64,000 bases of DNA, from the IMG/VR virus record IMGVR_UViG_3300027413_000002; one strand, 5' to 3'. The stretch is from a virus. Positions 53,047 through 63,364 of this stretch are shown here, piece after piece. Under the pieces are notes generated by a model. The model worked only from the letters and a program-made list of their open reading frames with translations. It was not told the origin of the DNA and ran no database searches. The first letter of the stretch is position 1. Each line of letters begins with the position of its first letter. Position numbers and translations under genes: made by a program.

Positions 53047-54438
53047 TTATACTTTGAAATCGTCATAGTTACTAGACATTTTCGTACTGAATGTGCCGCT
53101 ATCAAATGTTGCGTTACTTTTGTTCTGACCACTATCGGTGATTTGATTCTGCACTTCTTCAGTCAAATCAAACAGACGCATCTTAGATCGGTCTACGCCA
53201 ACCATGAACCTCTTGTTAGATGTCGGATCGGCATACCGATTCTTCAACTGCTTTACCATAATCTGTTGTTGTTCTTCAAGTTCTTCTGTACTTATAAGAG
53301 CAAACATAAGGTCAGCGGTGGCAGGTAGACCGAATGATTCCGAGGTATCAGTCAACTCAACATCGCTGTTACCATATCCAGATCGAGTCGTCTGTGTAGC
53401 AGAGACAATAGGAAGGTCGTGTTCAACAGCTAGACCGCGAAGTTCTTCAGCAATACTCTTGATGATTGTGTAGGAGTTTGCATTAGAACCTGCCTTGAAC
53501 CGACTACTATTACAGATGTTTAGATAGTCAATGAAGATAATATCGGGAGCAAAGTCACGCTTCAGTTTCAGTTCTTGTAGTAATGCTTTGAAGTGACCAG
53601 CATGAGCAGATGCAGTTGGATACTCTTTGATGATGAGTTTACCATCAATCTTGTTTTTGATTTTAGTTATCCGATCGTCAAACATCTTCTTCGGAAGGTC
53701 TTTCAAATCACCGATGGGGACATTCATCATATTCGCATCAATACGTTCAGCGATACGTTCCTCTGCCATCTCTAGAGTGATGTACAAGACGTTCTTACCC
53801 TGCGTGATACAAGCTGCTGCCATGTGACACATAAACAAAGATTTACCAACACCAGTACCAGCAAGAGCAATATTGAGTGTCTTGTTTGGCAGACCACCCT
53901 CAGTGATTTTGTTGAAATATTCTAGATCGAATGCGATCTTTTCTTCCACTCTATTGTAGAATTCATATCGGTCAAGAGAGTTTTCTATGTAGTCGTGACC
54001 GACATTATTATCGAACCCAACAGCAAGTGCATCAGAGAGAAGGGAAGGGAGTGCATCTTTTGAACGCTCCTTGTCCGAACCATCAATGATTTGAATACTA
54101 TCCATAATAGCATTATAGACTGCCTTGTCTTTACAAAACTTCTCAGTTTCATCAACCAACCATTTGTCGTCTGCATCTGTGGCGTTTAACCCATTGATCA
54201 AAGTCTCGCATTGAACATACAAGTCTTCACTAATCTTTCGGTCATCCTGAAGTGCAATCAACAACGCACTTTTGGCTGGGGCATTATTATACTTTGCAAC
54301 ATAATCGAATATCTTCTCAAATACAATCCTGTCGTCAGACTCAGTAAAATAGTCTGACTTCAGAAAGGGAATGACTTTACGAACATACTCTTCATTAGTC
54401 ACTAGATTCGATAAAATTTGGGTCTCTATTCTCATCAA
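53047..54438 (-). CDS. 41: replicative DNA helicase (gp41)
   Basis: AGTGVGKS, TLEMAEE, IDYL, SATQTTR, SESFGLP. Confidence 0.95.
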   Translation of the reverse strand: MMRIETQILSNLVTNEEYVRKVIPFLKSDYFTESDDRIVFEKIFDYVAKYNNAPAKSALLIALQDDRKISEDLYVQCETLINGLNATDADDKWLVDETEKFCKDKAVYNAIMDSIQIIDGSDKERSKDALPSLLSDALAVGFDNNVGHDYIENSLDRYEFYNRVEEKIAFDLEYFNKITEGGLPNKTLNIALAGTGVGKSLFMCHMAAACITQGKNVLYITLEMAEERIAERIDANMMNVPIGDLKDLPKKMFDDRITKIKNKIDGKLIIKEYPTASAHAGHFKALLQELKLKRDFAPDIIFIDYLNICNSSRFKAGSNANSYTIIKSIAEELRGLAVEHDLPIVSATQTTRSGYGNSDVELTDTSESFGLPATADLMFALISTEELEEQQQIMVKQLKNRYADPTSNKRFMVGVDRSKMRLFDLTEEVQNQITDSGQNKSNATFDSGTFSTKMSSNYDDFKV

Positions 54439-54598
54439 TAAATTCTCTTCTCACATCTTCAACACAGGTTTCACACAACGCCACCTCACCAGAAAGTTCT
54501 ATTACATTTCCCTCGGTGGCGGTATTGTGAAAAACCAAAGCAGTTTCATCATCAGGTATTATACGCGAACACCTGTCACAAGTCAAGGATTTACTCAT
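54395..54598 (-). CDS. small zinc-binding protein
   Basis: CDRC...CETC; start MSKSL. Confidence 0.6.
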   Translation of the reverse strand: MSKSLTCDRCSRIIPDDETALVFHNTATEGNVIELSGEVALCETCVEDVRREFIDENRDPNFIESSD

Positions 54599-55646
54599 AA
54601 GCGTTTGCGATATCCTCGTCAGATACCTCATCTTGCATAATAGCACCAGTAGAAATCAAATATCGTTGTTCAATCCAGTCAGTGAATGTCTTGTCAGATA
54701 GGATCGGCAACCAGAAATCTTTGTTGTAGGTTTCTTTGGCGCGATAGTTCTTACTGTCTGAACCATCAGAGGCAACTTGATACCAACCAACTTTAGGTTT
54801 GACCACATGACCAGATTCCAACGCCATATCGAGTAGACCAGACCATTTACTGATGCCGCCTTCGAATGTTACCTCGATTGGGATCTTAGACTTCTCACGG
54901 ACATACCGAGACTTCTCAACATTGATGATGAAATTGTATCCTGTAATATCTGTGCCAGTTTTTTCTTGCTGACGACCAATGATATAGATGTTATCGGCAG
55001 AATAATAGATACCTGTACCACCCGATACAACTGCTTTCGGGAACATACCAATTTCCATATAGGTATGATTCACAACAATTGCGGGAATATCTTTAATTGT
55101 AAGATGAGGGGTAATCATTCGGAACAGAGACTTCATCTGTTTGGCGCGAGTCATATCCGCGACTGACTTACCATCAAGCGCATCATCAACTTCTTTCTTG
55201 GACGCCAAGTTACCGACTGAGTCGACAACTACAATCACGTGATCACCACGCTCAATACCATTCAACTGAGACATCACATCGTGCTTCAGCTGTTCGATGT
55301 CTGTGATTGGTGTATGAACAATGCGGTCTGTATCAATGCCGAAGCTGTCGAAATAGCCCTGTGGCGCACCAAACTCTGAGTCATAGAACAACACAACAGC
55401 ATCATCATACTTGTCTAGATATGCTTTAATCATCAACATAGCAAATGCAGTCTTGAAGTGTTTACTTGGTCCAGCAAAGACTGTCAATCCTGGAGTCAGA
55501 CCACCATCAAGGCGACCACTCAATGCCACATTCAATGCAGGGACTGATGTTTGAATCAGATCCTTTGTATTAAAAAATTTAGATTTAGATAAAATATTCG
55601 AATCTTTGATTGTCGAATTCTTTTGTAGTTTTTCGATTAAACTCAT
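54591..55646 (-). CDS. uvsX: RecA-like recombinase UvsX
   Basis: AGPSKHFKT, YDSEFG, DSVGNLASKKE, ADMTRAK. Confidence 0.95.
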   Translation of the reverse strand: MSLIEKLQKNSTIKDSNILSKSKFFNTKDLIQTSVPALNVALSGRLDGGLTPGLTVFAGPSKHFKTAFAMLMIKAYLDKYDDAVVLFYDSEFGAPQGYFDSFGIDTDRIVHTPITDIEQLKHDVMSQLNGIERGDHVIVVVDSVGNLASKKEVDDALDGKSVADMTRAKQMKSLFRMITPHLTIKDIPAIVVNHTYMEIGMFPKAVVSGGTGIYYSADNIYIIGRQQEKTGTDITGYNFIINVEKSRYVREKSKIPIEVTFEGGISKWSGLLDMALESGHVVKPKVGWYQVASDGSDSKNYRAKETYNKDFWLPILSDKTFTDWIEQRYLISTGAIMQDEVSDEDIANAYE

Positions 55647-56002
55647 AATCCCAATGCCTCTTTCACGTTTGGTTTAAAATATGTATCTGGCTTCATTACC
55701 TTCCCTGCTTCGTTCTTGATAACTTTGCCATCCACACACTTGCTCATATTAGATGCTTTGACTTCACGCCACACATCATCAAAAGGAATGTTCAGTGTGT
55801 TTGCCATTCCTAGAATTACCCAGACCATGTCTGCCAATCCATCGGCGACTTCAACAATATCGCCCTTCTCGAACCCATCAATGGTTTCTTGCCATTCTTC
55901 TTTGATGAGATCCATATATAAATTTGCTTGTGCTGATTTCATTCCAACATCGCTGGGCTGTTCACAAGCGTCCATAAACTCTTTAACGTCAATTTGATAC
56001 AT
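55643..56002 (-). CDS. MazG-like (PRA-PH-like) NTP pyrophosphohydrolase
   Basis: LIKEEW.E, EVADGLAD, SNMSK, GKV.KP. Confidence 0.8.
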   Translation of the reverse strand: MYQIDVKEFMDACEQPSDVGMKSAQANLYMDLIKEEWQETIDGFEKGDIVEVADGLADMVWVILGMANTLNIPFDDVWREVKASNMSKCVDGKVIKNEAGKVMKPDTYFKPNVKEALGL

Positions 56003-58521
56003 TACGAAAATAAATCCTCTAGTGTGGCAACTGGTTTGGGTTTCCAACCGATGCTCTCTGCGACAGTATTTAGTGGTTCAATAAATGCCTTCTCGAACAT
56101 CAACTCATAATCAACATACTTATGTAAGTCGAACTCGGGAGGGACTTTAGATGAGAATGCGATAACATTCTCGCCTAGTGTGTTAGGTTCTTTGAGATAA
56201 ACAAACTTGATTTTATCGCCCTCGTTGATCAGAGGATACTTCATGTCAAGATTATTTTTCTTGAGCAGATCGTTATACAACAATGCACCCCGAACCTGAA
56301 TTGGTGTTCCCTTCTGATATATGTCAGCAGTGGAACCATATTTAATAAGATTGTTACATCCACGAGGGAATGAAATCTCTTCAACAGGTCTTGCTTTGAA
56401 GTCTTGCCAATTATCATCAACAAACTTTTGCAGCGCAGACTCATCTCCCGTCAAACAAATACCGACTGCCGACTTCAAACTTTCTCGGACAGGAGCAGGA
56501 GTTGACGACCGAACGATCTCAAGACCCATCGCCTTCAGCTTTGGTTCCTCATAACGAACACCCTCGTTGTCCCAGACGTTGAGAGCATATCGCTTTTTAG
56601 CAACCCAAATACCTTTGTCGGCAATAGCTTCACGTTTGAAGAAGATCTTTTCCTCATAGGCATTTGTGTATTCAGCCAGTTTTGTCATCGCCTTTGCGAT
56701 GGCTGGCTCAATCTTTTCTTCACCGATCTTGTCGAGTAAGTCGACAATTTTCGATTTAGGAAGACCATTATAATACTTTTTGACCAATTTGTCAAGGGTA
56801 ATATAACAGGAATCTGTATCTGAATAGAAAGAGTAGACCTCACCCTCAGTACCACAAACCTCATTCAGATATTCATCGAGTGCCTTTGCAGTCTCGCGGA
56901 TGATAAACTGACCAGATAATGTAATACCCTCTGCAATCCGATCATCATAATATCTGAAGTACTGATTAGCCATCGCACCATAGAGACTGTTCAACTGAAT
57001 TTTACGAGCCATTTGGAAGTTGTTGTACTTTGCGATCTTGGCTTTGAGTGATGGATCTTTTGTCTTCTCAAACTCGCGCTCGGTTTGTTTCATCAGCTTC
57101 TTATACTTCTGGCGGTCGTCAAAGAATGTCTGAGTTATCTCAGCAAACACGCCCTGTTTACCACGAGTAAATGTAGCACCGTTTGCCGCCATGGCATTCT
57201 GTGTAGTGATGTCAGTATCTCGATTGAGTAACTTATCGACAGTCGTATCAATCGGTGCTTCATCAGACACAAGAGTCTCGGGAGACATATTGTATTGCAT
57301 AATGATAGATGGATACAGTGACGTGGCATCGAAACTCAAGACCCAATCGTAACCGCCAATCTCAGGTTGCTGAACATATGCACCTTCAATCGTTCGACCC
57401 TCGTTCTCACGCTTCTGAGGAATCATAATGTTTTTCTTCAGCAGGTGATTGTAGAGCAAGCAGTCCCAAGTCCGAACCGAGGAATAGATGTCACCGAGAT
57501 TACACTTGGCATCATACGCCATTGTGGCAATCAACTCAATCAGTTTCATCTTGTCTTCGAGTTCGTCAACAAGTTTACTATCGATGATGTTATAATCTAC
57601 GAACCGATTCCAATCTTTCTCGTAAAACTCTCTGAATGTATCATAATTGTTTTCGAGTTTCTTGTGACCGAGTTCGACCTCAGCAATGTAATCTAGTTTG
57701 TACGACTCTCGGACTTGATAGGTAAACTTCTTGTAGAGATCTAGATAGTCGAGTTGGGCAACACCTTTGATGTCATACAGAGTGTGTTCGCGACCCATCA
57801 TCTTCACGCTTTTCTTGCGTGTCATATTGAATGGGCTGAATCCGTTTTTGACTTTGTTTTGTTTCTGCTCATCCTGACCACCAAGAACTCTCGCACATCG
57901 GCTCATCAGATACGGAATATCGAAAAACTCGATGTTCCAGCCAGTAATAATATCTGGCGTATTCTGGAACCACCATGTACCAAACTTGGTCAGCAACTCA
58001 TACTCATCAACACAAGACTCATATGTGACATTGAGGTTCATCACCTCATCAGACTCAGGAGTCCAGTCACCATCGCCCCACGTGAAGATCTCTTTGGTGT
58101 TGTTATTCACCACAGTGATCAGAGTGATTCGCTCTTTAGGATTATCAACATCAGGGAACCCATGCTCAGTCGTTGTCTCGATATCGAGAGACTGGATGTT
58201 CATCACAGACATATCAAACGGAACTTCATTTGGGTATCTGTCGGACAGATATTGATAGGTCAGATCGGTCTGACCATAGATAGGATAGTTACCGATCCCG
58301 TTGTAACTTTGCACAAACTCCCGACAATCAGAGGCACTGGTAAACTCAACTGGCTTTAGGTTTTCGCCATAGAGTCCCTTGATTTCTGATTCTTCGGGAG
58401 ATCGAACATACAACTTTGGTTTGAAGGAAGGGTCACTTTCAGTGAATGCAACCCCATCGCGGTATCCTCTGGTCAATACGTTTTTACCGTACTGCCAACA
58501 ATATGTATAAAATTCAGTCAT
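56002..58521 (-). CDS. 43: family B DNA polymerase (gp43)
   Basis: DIET, FDATSLYPS, KIQLNSLYG, YSDTDS; start MTEFY right after promoter. Confidence 0.97.
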   Translation of the reverse strand: MTEFYTYCWQYGKNVLTRGYRDGVAFTESDPSFKPKLYVRSPEESEIKGLYGENLKPVEFTSASDCREFVQSYNGIGNYPIYGQTDLTYQYLSDRYPNEVPFDMSVMNIQSLDIETTTEHGFPDVDNPKERITLITVVNNNTKEIFTWGDGDWTPESDEVMNLNVTYESCVDEYELLTKFGTWWFQNTPDIITGWNIEFFDIPYLMSRCARVLGGQDEQKQNKVKNGFSPFNMTRKKSVKMMGREHTLYDIKGVAQLDYLDLYKKFTYQVRESYKLDYIAEVELGHKKLENNYDTFREFYEKDWNRFVDYNIIDSKLVDELEDKMKLIELIATMAYDAKCNLGDIYSSVRTWDCLLYNHLLKKNIMIPQKRENEGRTIEGAYVQQPEIGGYDWVLSFDATSLYPSIIMQYNMSPETLVSDEAPIDTTVDKLLNRDTDITTQNAMAANGATFTRGKQGVFAEITQTFFDDRQKYKKLMKQTEREFEKTKDPSLKAKIAKYNNFQMARKIQLNSLYGAMANQYFRYYDDRIAEGITLSGQFIIRETAKALDEYLNEVCGTEGEVYSFYSDTDSCYITLDKLVKKYYNGLPKSKIVDLLDKIGEEKIEPAIAKAMTKLAEYTNAYEEKIFFKREAIADKGIWVAKKRYALNVWDNEGVRYEEPKLKAMGLEIVRSSTPAPVRESLKSAVGICLTGDESALQKFVDDNWQDFKARPVEEISFPRGCNNLIKYGSTADIYQKGTPIQVRGALLYNDLLKKNNLDMKYPLINEGDKIKFVYLKEPNTLGENVIAFSSKVPPEFDLHKYVDYELMFEKAFIEPLNTVAESIGWKPKPVATLEDLFS

Positions 58522-58527
58522 GTACAC

Positions 58528-58556
58528 ATTATGCCCCAATCAGAGGCAAATGTCAA
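58528..58556 (-). promoter_or_regulatory. sigma70-type promoter directly before gp43 ATG
   Basis: TTGACA-N17-CATAAT, 6 nt before ATG. Confidence 0.75.
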
Positions 58557-58564
58557 GCACTGAT

Positions 58565-58885
58565 TTATGTGATTATACTTTGTTTTTTAGGGGTGATGAT
58601 ACTGCTACCGTAGTGAGTATTGTACTCGTCCTTCATCTGGGAAGTCGGTTGCATAACAGCAATGACGTGCTGAGGCATAATATGCATTGTGTTCTCGTGT
58701 GCATATGGCGCGTATGGCGCAAGACCAATACTAAACTTACCGTCATTTTCAGTTGGCTGTAGGACAATCACTGCTGGCTTTTGTAAGACGATGATTTGAC
58801 GCTCATCTACAACGATGTCAGTAACCTGACCGATTACTTCCTCGCCAGAGGATAATTTTAAGATTTGGATTTGTGGTTCGCTCAT
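58565..58885 (-). CDS. conserved Sm-like hypothetical protein
   Basis: LKLSSGEEVI...Y...GS.II.P. Confidence 0.65.
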   Translation of the reverse strand: MSEPQIQILKLSSGEEVIGQVTDIVVDERQIIVLQKPAVIVLQPTENDGKFSIGLAPYAPYAHENTMHIMPQHVIAVMQPTSQMKDEYNTHYGSSIITPKKQSIIT

Positions 58886-58904
58886 GATATATTTCCTGAT
58901 TGTT

Positions 58905-58925
58905 GGGGGAGCAATGCGCTCCCCC
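58905..58925. terminator. GC-rich stem-loop between hsp20 and next gene
   Basis: GGGGGAGC-N5-GCTCCCCC. Confidence 0.55.
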
Positions 58926-58933
58926 TTATTTAT

Positions 58934-59389
58934 CTACTCTTGTAGAAACTGTTTTTTGATTGCAATGGTTTTTGGCTTACGTTCTTCTGGAATGATATGT
59001 TCTAGAGAGATTGTAAGAATACCATCATTAAAGTTTGCACCTGCGACTTCAACGTCCTGATTTAATGCAAATGTCTTGGTAAAGTTTCTCGCGCCAATGC
59101 CCTTGTGGACAAATTTACGATCGTCTTCAGCACCCTGAATGCCTTGCACAACAAGTTTGTTTCCTTCTGGGACTTGAGTGATTGTCAACTCTTCATCGCT
59201 GAATCCAGCTGCAGCAAATTCAATAGTGTATTTGCCATCGCCTTCATCGACAATGTTATAGGGTGGATAATTGTTGGAAAGTTCTGCCACATTATTTAGA
59301 TTCTCGAATACTTGGTCGAATCCAATAGTGAATGGGGCAAGGTTTGATGCGATCTCATGGAGATCTCGTGCTCTGAATTTAGTAACCAT
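58934..59389 (-). CDS. small heat shock protein Hsp20
   Basis: NYPPYNI, AGF, HKGI..R.F, DGIL.I.L...PE. Confidence 0.92.
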   Translation of the reverse strand: MVTKFRARDLHEIASNLAPFTIGFDQVFENLNNVAELSNNYPPYNIVDEGDGKYTIEFAAAGFSDEELTITQVPEGNKLVVQGIQGAEDDRKFVHKGIGARNFTKTFALNQDVEVAGANFNDGILTISLEHIIPEERKPKTIAIKKQFLQE

Positions 59390-59479
59390 AATGGTCTCCT
59401 TATATTAAGCGAGTTTTAATTGTTGCGATCCTTTCGGCATCGCATTCTATATATAATACTTTACGACAAAAATGTCAAG

Positions 59480-59896
59480 CTATTTTTTGCCAATATTATA
59501 TTTGGTTATAAGTTCCCAATCGCCCTTTTCTTTGAACGAGAGAACTTTAATCTGACTCAGCGGTGCTTGTTCAGCATGCTGCTCTTCAGACATAATTGTC
59601 ATCAATCCCCAATCGGAAAGTAATTTCGCGATTGTATTTCTGCGTTCTAAATCACCTTCACCAAAGTCTGCTGCCTTTCCATCAAGCGCAAACAGTTCTT
59701 TGAAGTGTGTGATGAAGTATCTACCTTGCTTGTGTAAAATATGACAAGACTGGTATAAAACTTGTTCTTTTCTGGAAGCAACGCCAATGCGGGATAAGGT
59801 TTCTCTAATCTTTAGAAAGTCATCTGCATCTTTTAAAGTGATTTCTAGCGGTGCGTATCCAGGATATTCAATCTGGAAGAAATCTTCACTCATCAT
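59480..59896 (-). CDS. regA: translational repressor RegA
   Basis: DFLKIRETLSRIG, LYQSCHILHKQG.Y.I.HFKE. Confidence 0.95.
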   Translation of the reverse strand: MMSEDFFQIEYPGYAPLEITLKDADDFLKIRETLSRIGVASRKEQVLYQSCHILHKQGRYFITHFKELFALDGKAADFGEGDLERRNTIAKLLSDWGLMTIMSEEQHAEQAPLSQIKVLSFKEKGDWELITKYNIGKK

Positions 59897-59933
59897 AAAT
59901 CCTATTCTTTTTCTTTTTAAGAGTGTCTGGATT

Positions 59934-59945
59934 TATTTATAAATA
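59934..59945. promoter_or_regulatory. palindromic bidirectional late promoter TATTTATAAATA
   Basis: TATAAATA on both strands (59938-59945 +, 59934-59941 -). Confidence 0.7.
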
Positions 59946-59950
59946 TCAGT

Positions 59951-60613
59951 ATGTCAGCAACTCACCAATACTTTTTTCCCTGTAAGGATCTGCTTTCTCC
60001 TGAGGAGAGAATCATTCTCAAAAAACTTTGTGATGAAATATCGAGAGTCGGTGACCAATTACATGGTGGTGGTTATGAAGAAATTGCAGATCCACATTTC
60101 ATTGCTGAGATATCCAAAGTTCACGAAAACACCACCAGTAAAAATTGGTCTGGTATATCAGAACCCAGCATGATACAATCTATCCCAGAGTTTAAGCAGA
60201 AGTATCTTGACACAATCAACAACATTGTTGAGAGATACAACGGGGATGGTTGGAGATTCCTTGGGTCAAGAAATGACGAAGAATGTATTGCAATACACAG
60301 GGATCCAAAAATGGGATACATAACAAATATATCTATTCCACTCATTCCCGACTATGCATTTTTCAGACCAACAAATTTCTACACCGATCTCAATAAAGAG
60401 AGCCTGATACACCAAGCCAATTATGAGGTATTTAGATCTCCTGCGATTTTAAATATGAGAAAACCACATAATGCAGGTAATTTTTTCAGAGAACATTTGC
60501 TTGGTGTTTACAATGGTTCTAGTATAACATTTCAGGTTATGTTTCTGGACTCATATGATAACGTGAAATCAAAATTCAAACAGAAAGGTTGGTTATCGAC
60601 CACCCCTTTCTAA
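59951..60613 (+). CDS. putative 2OG-Fe(II) oxygenase-like protein, inverted insert
   Basis: IHRD ... ISIPL ... LN..KPH.A; late promoter. Confidence 0.55.
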   Translation: MSATHQYFFPCKDLLSPEERIILKKLCDEISRVGDQLHGGGYEEIADPHFIAEISKVHENTTSKNWSGISEPSMIQSIPEFKQKYLDTINNIVERYNGDGWRFLGSRNDEECIAIHRDPKMGYITNISIPLIPDYAFFRPTNFYTDLNKESLIHQANYEVFRSPAILNMRKPHNAGNFFREHLLGVYNGSSITFQVMFLDSYDNVKSKFKQKGWLSTTPF

Positions 60614-61039
60614 TTTTTTCCTTATAACTTCCAACTGCTGATCAGTCAAGATTCTCAACGCACCCTGAGCATGGGTGTCATTGTACCCATAATACTCTTT
60701 GACGATAGCCAAGTCTTCTTCCTTGATAGGTTTCAACCATTTGTTAAATCGTTTCTTGGGTCGAACAACGCCACGGAGGAAGTCAAACTGTGCCTTCTTA
60801 TCGACATGAGGTCGGCTGTTCATTTCATTACAAGCAATCACCGTGTCAGCACCATAGCTGAGTGCCTTGTTGATGATGAACGCATTGTATTGTTTCTCAG
60901 ACCAGTCGTCAACAATCATATCCGCTTTGGTGTGGTGGATGGCATTGACGAAATCAAATGGGCTGATTGTCTTTTTCTTTACTTTAAATTGTTCTTCGTC
61001 CAGCTGTACAACTGGATCTCCCATACCCTCAAGTGTCAT
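60593..61039 (-). CDS. 62: clamp loader small subunit (gp62)
   Basis: Y..F.INKALS, NEMN, QFDFL, KEYYGY. Confidence 0.9.
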   Translation of the reverse strand: MTLEGMGDPVVQLDEEQFKVKKKTISPFDFVNAIHHTKADMIVDDWSEKQYNAFIINKALSYGADTVIACNEMNSRPHVDKKAQFDFLRGVVRPKKRFNKWLKPIKEEDLAIVKEYYGYNDTHAQGALRILTDQQLEVIRKKLERGGR

Positions 61040-61818
61040 AATATATTCCTGTAATCGAATGCAATCCTGTGCAGTAATCTGTTTTCCATTCCAGCAAACT
61101 TATGTCTCTTATGCAGCGATAACCACTGCTCGCTGATTACAATGTCGCCATCTTTCCAGTGATGGTGGTATTGATAGAATGGGTCTAAACAAAATTCTTT
61201 TAACTCGTCAAAAAATGGATCATATTCCTCATTGAATATTTGCAAGAACGGGAAATATAATCCCTCAACGCCTGCATCATTCTTATGGTAAATATCGAAT
61301 GGCTCCTCACCAACATGGTCGAAAAAATATTCGCTGTCACTTATTCGCCCTTTTTCATAACCACACCAGATCTTTTTTGTTTTTGCAGTTTCTTTCATAT
61401 GCTCTGGTAGATCTTCCCAGACCTTCGCCATATTCAACCAGCTTGTAACAGAACCCTCAGAACCTTTAACAGCATACAACCAAATGAGTGGCCATCTTTT
61501 TTTATTTGAGGTTTGATTGGCATGCCAGTCTAACTCGGATACATGTCCAAACAGACCTTCCTTACCATCTTCGTCTTTTGCCCCAGTAACCCGAAGAACA
61601 TTTTCGTTAACAGCAATTGGTTTTGTAAAATGTTTGATGTGTTCTTGTTCGTGATAATTCTCAACCTCACCAATCATCTTACAGAATCTGACTTGATCTT
61701 CTGGTGTCAGGTTTTTTTGGTCTTTAATTACGACAACTATATTTTCAAGTAATGCTTCACCGACTATTTCAGCCGTTGCTTCAGTAGCATTTTTTATATC
61801 AACTTCTAAGTTCAACAT
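61036..61818 (-). CDS. TauD/TfdA family dioxygenase
   Basis: L.WHAN, LYAV, H.WKDGD.VI.....LHKR, RLLHR. Confidence 0.8.
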   Translation of the reverse strand: MLNLEVDIKNATEATAEIVGEALLENIVVVIKDQKNLTPEDQVRFCKMIGEVENYHEQEHIKHFTKPIAVNENVLRVTGAKDEDGKEGLFGHVSELDWHANQTSNKKRWPLIWLYAVKGSEGSVTSWLNMAKVWEDLPEHMKETAKTKKIWCGYEKGRISDSEYFFDHVGEEPFDIYHKNDAGVEGLYFPFLQIFNEEYDPFFDELKEFCLDPFYQYHHHWKDGDIVISEQWLSLHKRHKFAGMENRLLHRIAFDYRNIL

Positions 61819-62740
61819 TCGCCATAATCTCCGTGAGGCAAGCAGTCAAATTAATTTCCTGGTCGGCAACAAAAGCTGCCTTGTATTGATAGTCTGCAAT
61901 GAGAAGAACAAGTTGTGGAACTTGCGCTGCTTTGTCCAAGAGCGTATCGTAGATCTTACGATAAACACCTTGCGGGTCTGCGTCAACATTGTTGGCGACC
62001 CATTGGCGCATTTTCTTCCAGTCCTTGTCACGCAGACTATCAACCAGTGCTTTGGTATTTACTTCAGCGAGGTTAGAAAGGATTCCCTCGTCAATTTTAC
62101 CAGACACACTATAGCGTTGCAATTCATTGAGGACACGTCGATAATCAGGAAAATGTTTCATCAAAAGTTCAGCAAGGACTTTTTCAGAATACTCAACATT
62201 TTCTTGGTCGAGGATACGAGCCATTCGCTTCATAAAGCGAGCCGCCATCTGTTGGCGATTGGTCTTATCGAGTTTAAAATCCACGACCGTGGTTCGACTG
62301 TGTAACGGATCGATAATCCTGTTCTTAAAGTTACAGGTAAATATGAACCGACAGTTTGATGAGAACTCCTCAATGAATGCACGCAAGGCAGGTTGTGTTG
62401 AATTAGGATTCAGATAATCTGCTTCGTCAAGAATAACCACTTTTGGCTTGCCCACAAAGGACATAGTACTGGCGAAGTCTTTGATCTTTGTCCGAAGAAC
62501 ATCAATCCCAGACTCCTCAGAGCCATTGATAATAATATAGTCACATCCTAATTCATTACACAACGCACGAGCGACCGTCGTCTTGCCCGTGCCAGCAGTA
62601 CCACATAACAGCAAGTTCGAAATCTCTCCAGCTTCCACGAACTGTTGGAATGTATCCAAGAGAGAGGAGGGAAGAATACATTCCTCCAGTGTTTGTGGGC
62701 GGTATTTTTCAACCCAAAGAAATTCGTCTTGCTTCATCAT
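61799..62740 (-). CDS. 44: clamp loader large subunit (gp44)
   Basis: WVEKYRP, GTAGTGKT, DEAD, LHSR. Confidence 0.95.
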   Translation of the reverse strand: MMKQDEFLWVEKYRPQTLEECILPSSLLDTFQQFVEAGEISNLLLCGTAGTGKTTVARALCNELGCDYIIINGSEESGIDVLRTKIKDFASTMSFVGKPKVVILDEADYLNPNSTQPALRAFIEEFSSNCRFIFTCNFKNRIIDPLHSRTTVVDFKLDKTNRQQMAARFMKRMARILDQENVEYSEKVLAELLMKHFPDYRRVLNELQRYSVSGKIDEGILSNLAEVNTKALVDSLRDKDWKKMRQWVANNVDADPQGVYRKIYDTLLDKAAQVPQLVLLIADYQYKAAFVADQEINLTACLTEIMANVELRS

Positions 62741-62749
62741 ATAATACTC

Positions 62750-63355
62750 CTATCCAATTTTATCTTCAGAACCTATACCATCTGATAGGTTCAACTGTAA
62801 CGCTTCACCACCTGTATCATACTCCCTTCCTTCCAAAAAGGCAAGGATATTCTGCGGAGAAGATACACCATATGGGTCGTCCAAAGCATTGTTTGTAAAA
62901 CCTCGTTCAACGAACGTCTGTTCGATCTCAAAGTTCTTCACAATCATAGCATAACGCCATGAACGAATACCGAAGCCAAGGTTGTCCTTGTAAACATCCA
63001 TTCCCATGGAAGAAGTAAACTTACCAGATCCATCTGGGATTACTTTGACGTGTTCAAGTCCTTGATCTTCTGCCCACTTATTCATCACAAAGGTATCATT
63101 TACTGATACACAGAAGATGTTTTCAACACCTGCCTTCTGAAACCGAGGATATAACTCCTCGAAATCAGGAAGCTGGAATGTAGAACAAGTGGGAGTGAAG
63201 GCTCCAGGAAGTGCGAAGATAACACACTTCTCTCGACCTACAATCTCATGGGATAATTGCATTTCCCATGCGAAAGGATTATCACCACCAACGGATTCAT
63301 CTCGAACACGGACGTGGTGTACCACATTTGGAATGCGGTGTGGAAATAAAGGCAT
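62750..63355 (-). CDS. peroxiredoxin (PRX5-like)
   Basis: LPGAFTPTCS, SVND.FVM..W, RSWRY. Confidence 0.9.
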   Translation of the reverse strand: MPLFPHRIPNVVHHVRVRDESVGGDNPFAWEMQLSHEIVGREKCVIFALPGAFTPTCSTFQLPDFEELYPRFQKAGVENIFCVSVNDTFVMNKWAEDQGLEHVKVIPDGSGKFTSSMGMDVYKDNLGFGIRSWRYAMIVKNFEIEQTFVERGFTNNALDDPYGVSSPQNILAFLEGREYDTGGEALQLNLSDGIGSEDKIG

Positions 63356-63364
63356 GGTGTCTCC

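Noticed and set aside
58522-58539. Track start for gp43 (MGHNV) and similar upstream extensions (5378, 10582, 14819, 16916, 43647, 56047)
   Set aside because: They overlap promoter elements or upstream genes; downstream ATGs fit RBS, coupling or promoter geometry better.
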